DNA of 32,000 nt from Ferroglobus placidus DSM 10642 (GTDB lineage Archaea; Halobacteriota; Archaeoglobi; Archaeoglobales; Archaeoglobaceae): assembly GCF_000025505.1 (NCBI RefSeq), contig NC_013849.1, positions 330,001-362,000 on the forward strand, read 5' to 3'. Position numbers and translations under genes: made by a program. The stretch's first letter is position 1. Every line of letters begins with the position of its first letter. Below are positions 30,289 to 32,000 of the stretch, in pieces. Under the pieces are notes generated by a model that searched no databases, had not been told where the DNA came from, and saw only the letters and a list, made by a program, of their open reading frames with translations.

Positions 30289-30959
30289 CTATGCTGAAGC
30301 CTTTTCGACGTTCTCTAAAACCGCAGTAGCGATTTCCTCAACTGCAGCGTCGATGTTTTCTAACACGAGCTGCAGCGTTTTCAGAGGGTTGCTCCCGCAC
30401 TTTCTTTTTTCTTTCCAATCTCTTTTCCGGTATTTGCAGTCTGCCCGCAACGCCAACACTCTGGTCCGGGAACGCGTTTTCCTAGCTTTTTTAGCTCCTC
30501 CTTGTCCTTTAGATGCTCGATGAGCTCTTGAAGTATCTTTTCTGCCGTTTGGACGTCAATTACGAGAATACCTCCACTTCTCAGATCCACGAGGATTGTT
30601 TTTGTCCGGCTTAGAAGTGTGTAGATTGCAGGTTGGACTAGTTTCACACTACCGGTTTTAACCTCTATTAGGGCAGAGCAACCGTTTCCTCCGGTAATGT
30701 AAACCCTACTTATCGCCCCGTTGACGTATCCGAGCTTGAGGGAGACCTCGTTGGCAACATCACTTTTGTTCAGTTTAAGCTGAAGTCTTGCAAGCAACCT
30801 CGACTTGGCTATATCGTGTACGAGCCTATACGCGGAAGATAATTCCTTGTTTTCCGGTTTGTAGAATGGACAGACCGTAAGTAGTTGTTCGTCGAGCTGG
30901 CTCGGTCTGAACGCGTCAAGTAGCTTCTTAATCTTCTCCTCGATCTTTCCGTCAACCAT
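30289..30959 (-). pseudogene. Cas4/RecB-like PD-(D/E)XK protein, apparent frameshift
   Basis: Track ORF 30381-30959 (192 aa) contains ALIEVKTGSVKLVQPAIYTLL and CWRC; the adjacent frame continues ...CKYRKRDWKEKRKCGSNPLKTLQLVLENIDAAVEEIATAVLENVEKASA* to 30289. Confidence 0.45.
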
Positions 30960-30973
30960 ACTTTCTTCACCTC

Positions 30974-31050
30974 ATTGTAGCCTTATTGTAGCTACATAGT
31001 GGTTATAATGTAGTTAACAAAGAAATTTATATTTTTCGCCACATTGTAGC
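30974..31050. promoter_or_regulatory. Repeated ATTGTAG sites including TGTAGCTACA palindrome in divergent promoter region
   Basis: ATTGTAG at 30974 and 30985, AATGTAG(TTA) at 31007, ATTGTAG at 31043; palindrome TGTAGCTACA 30987-30996. Confidence 0.5.
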
Positions 31051-31054
31051 TCTA

Positions 31055-31207
31055 ATGAAAAAAATCAAGATCACGGTAGAAGGGTACGAAGTAATCGAGA
31101 AAGTCGTCAAGAGTGCCGGAAACTCTGGAAGGATATATCTGCCAAAGTCATGGGTCAACAAGAGAGTCAAGGTAATTTTATTGGAGCCTATCGATGAATC
31201 AAGTTAA
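31055..31207 (+). CDS. DUF2080-like transposase-associated small protein, 50 aa
   Basis: MKKIKITVEGYEVIEKVVKSAGNSGRIYLPKSWVNKRVKVILLEPIDESS*; my translation, not in ORF track. Confidence 0.75.
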   Translation: MKKIKITVEGYEVIEKVVKSAGNSGRIYLPKSWVNKRVKVILLEPIDESS

Positions 31208-31240
31208 TTTCAAAAAAGCTTAAACTAATAGTTCCGAAAT

Positions 31241-31762
31241 TCACTGGAGGAGTTTCACTACTTCAACTATCGTCAATAACAGTAAAACGAAAGTTAGCAC
31301 AACCATAATCAGTTGAAGATTTTTATTTACAGATGCCAATTTAACGTTAGTCGATGCTAAAAATAGGCTAGTGTTATCTCGCAAATGGCTGTACGAGGTA
31401 CCGTACTGATTTCTGAGGATATCATACTCATTCCTTACATTTTCGGCATATTTTGATAGATCCTCGCAAAGTGCTTGATAGATTCCTTTCGTGATTGAAG
31501 GAATCATATCTTTTATTGGGATTGGCAACTCGCCGTAAAAAGGATTTGACAAAGCTCTTTTTTCTCTTTCTATATACGAAACAATCACACGACATTCATC
31601 GATAACGCGAGTCATTTCTGCGACAAAGTCACTGTATGCCTTTAAGACTAGATTTAGGGTGTTTTTTAGGTGCTTGACAAGATCTTTTTCGTTATAATAC
31701 TGTAATTGCCGTATATTTTCAGATATCTCATCAACATTCTTTTTATGGTCTAAAATACCCAT
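31241..31762 (-). CDS. Hypothetical coiled-coil protein with C-terminal transmembrane helix, 173 aa
   Basis: C-terminus NLQLIMVVLTFVLLLLTIVEVVKLLQ is one TM helix; preceding region helical and charged. Confidence 0.65.
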   Translation of the reverse strand: MGILDHKKNVDEISENIRQLQYYNEKDLVKHLKNTLNLVLKAYSDFVAEMTRVIDECRVIVSYIEREKRALSNPFYGELPIPIKDMIPSITKGIYQALCEDLSKYAENVRNEYDILRNQYGTSYSHLRDNTSLFLASTNVKLASVNKNLQLIMVVLTFVLLLLTIVEVVKLLQ

Positions 31763-31777
31763 AAACCTGAAGCGAAG

Positions 31778-31960
31778 TCAGTAAATTAATAATAACATAT
31801 GGATTAACCTATTAATAGTGACTTCTCCTAGAATTTCAAAATCTTTCTGTATTAGAGCATTTGATGTCACTATTGAAAAACCAGTATAGCAGAATCCAAA
31901 GTTGTCAAAAACTGCGTCACTTTGCCCGACTATGCTCAAAAGCACTGGTATTATTGACAT
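31778..31960 (-). CDS. Possible small hypothetical ORF, 60 aa
   Basis: Same strand, just upstream of 31762; no family recognised. Confidence 0.25.
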   Translation of the reverse strand: MSIIPVLLSIVGQSDAVFDNFGFCYTGFSIVTSNALIQKDFEILGEVTINRLIHMLLLIY

Positions 31961-32000
31961 TAGCCCAGATGTGTTAATATTGAATGAGTAAAGAACCTAT

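Noticed and set aside
29742-30329. 195-aa + strand ORF 29742-30329
   Set aside because: Antisense to the SWIM transposase, which has clear zinc-finger and DDE motifs.

Overview
Archaeal genomic window, probably Archaeoglobales-like (inference from gene content). Left part (about 1-11740) is ordinary housekeeping: argD (partial), guaAb, pyrG, Trm112-like, purA, CAP-domain protein, ilvC, a two-gene radical-SAM operon with an HTH/Zn-ribbon protein, an FAU-1-like RNA-binding protein and a DsrE-like protein. Middle part (about 11800-21220) looks like one accessory metabolic/transport locus: OFA-type MFS transporter, two paralogous micro zinc-ribbon ORFs absent from the supplied track, AmiS/UreI channel, aliphatic amidase, TAXI-TRAP receptor plus fused permease, AtuA-like large and small proteins, and two paralogous RHH regulators at the ends of the transport/AtuA part. 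Right part (about 21250-32000) is mobile and defence-like: an IS1-type element with TIRs; an overlapping two-gene module of an OLD-like ATPase/TOPRIM protein and an uncharacterised 296-aa protein (best candidate for a new system); a degraded IS with 17-bp TIRs; a chain of three ATGA-overlapped ORFs ending in a DDE-transposase-like protein; a SWIM-finger transposase; a frameshifted Cas4/RecB-like ORF; and an orphan DUF2080-like protein. Two divergent promoter regions in this part share a repeated TGTAG/CTACA motif. No CRISPR array, rRNA or tRNA was recognised. All family calls are by eye from motifs and remembered family features; no database search was run.
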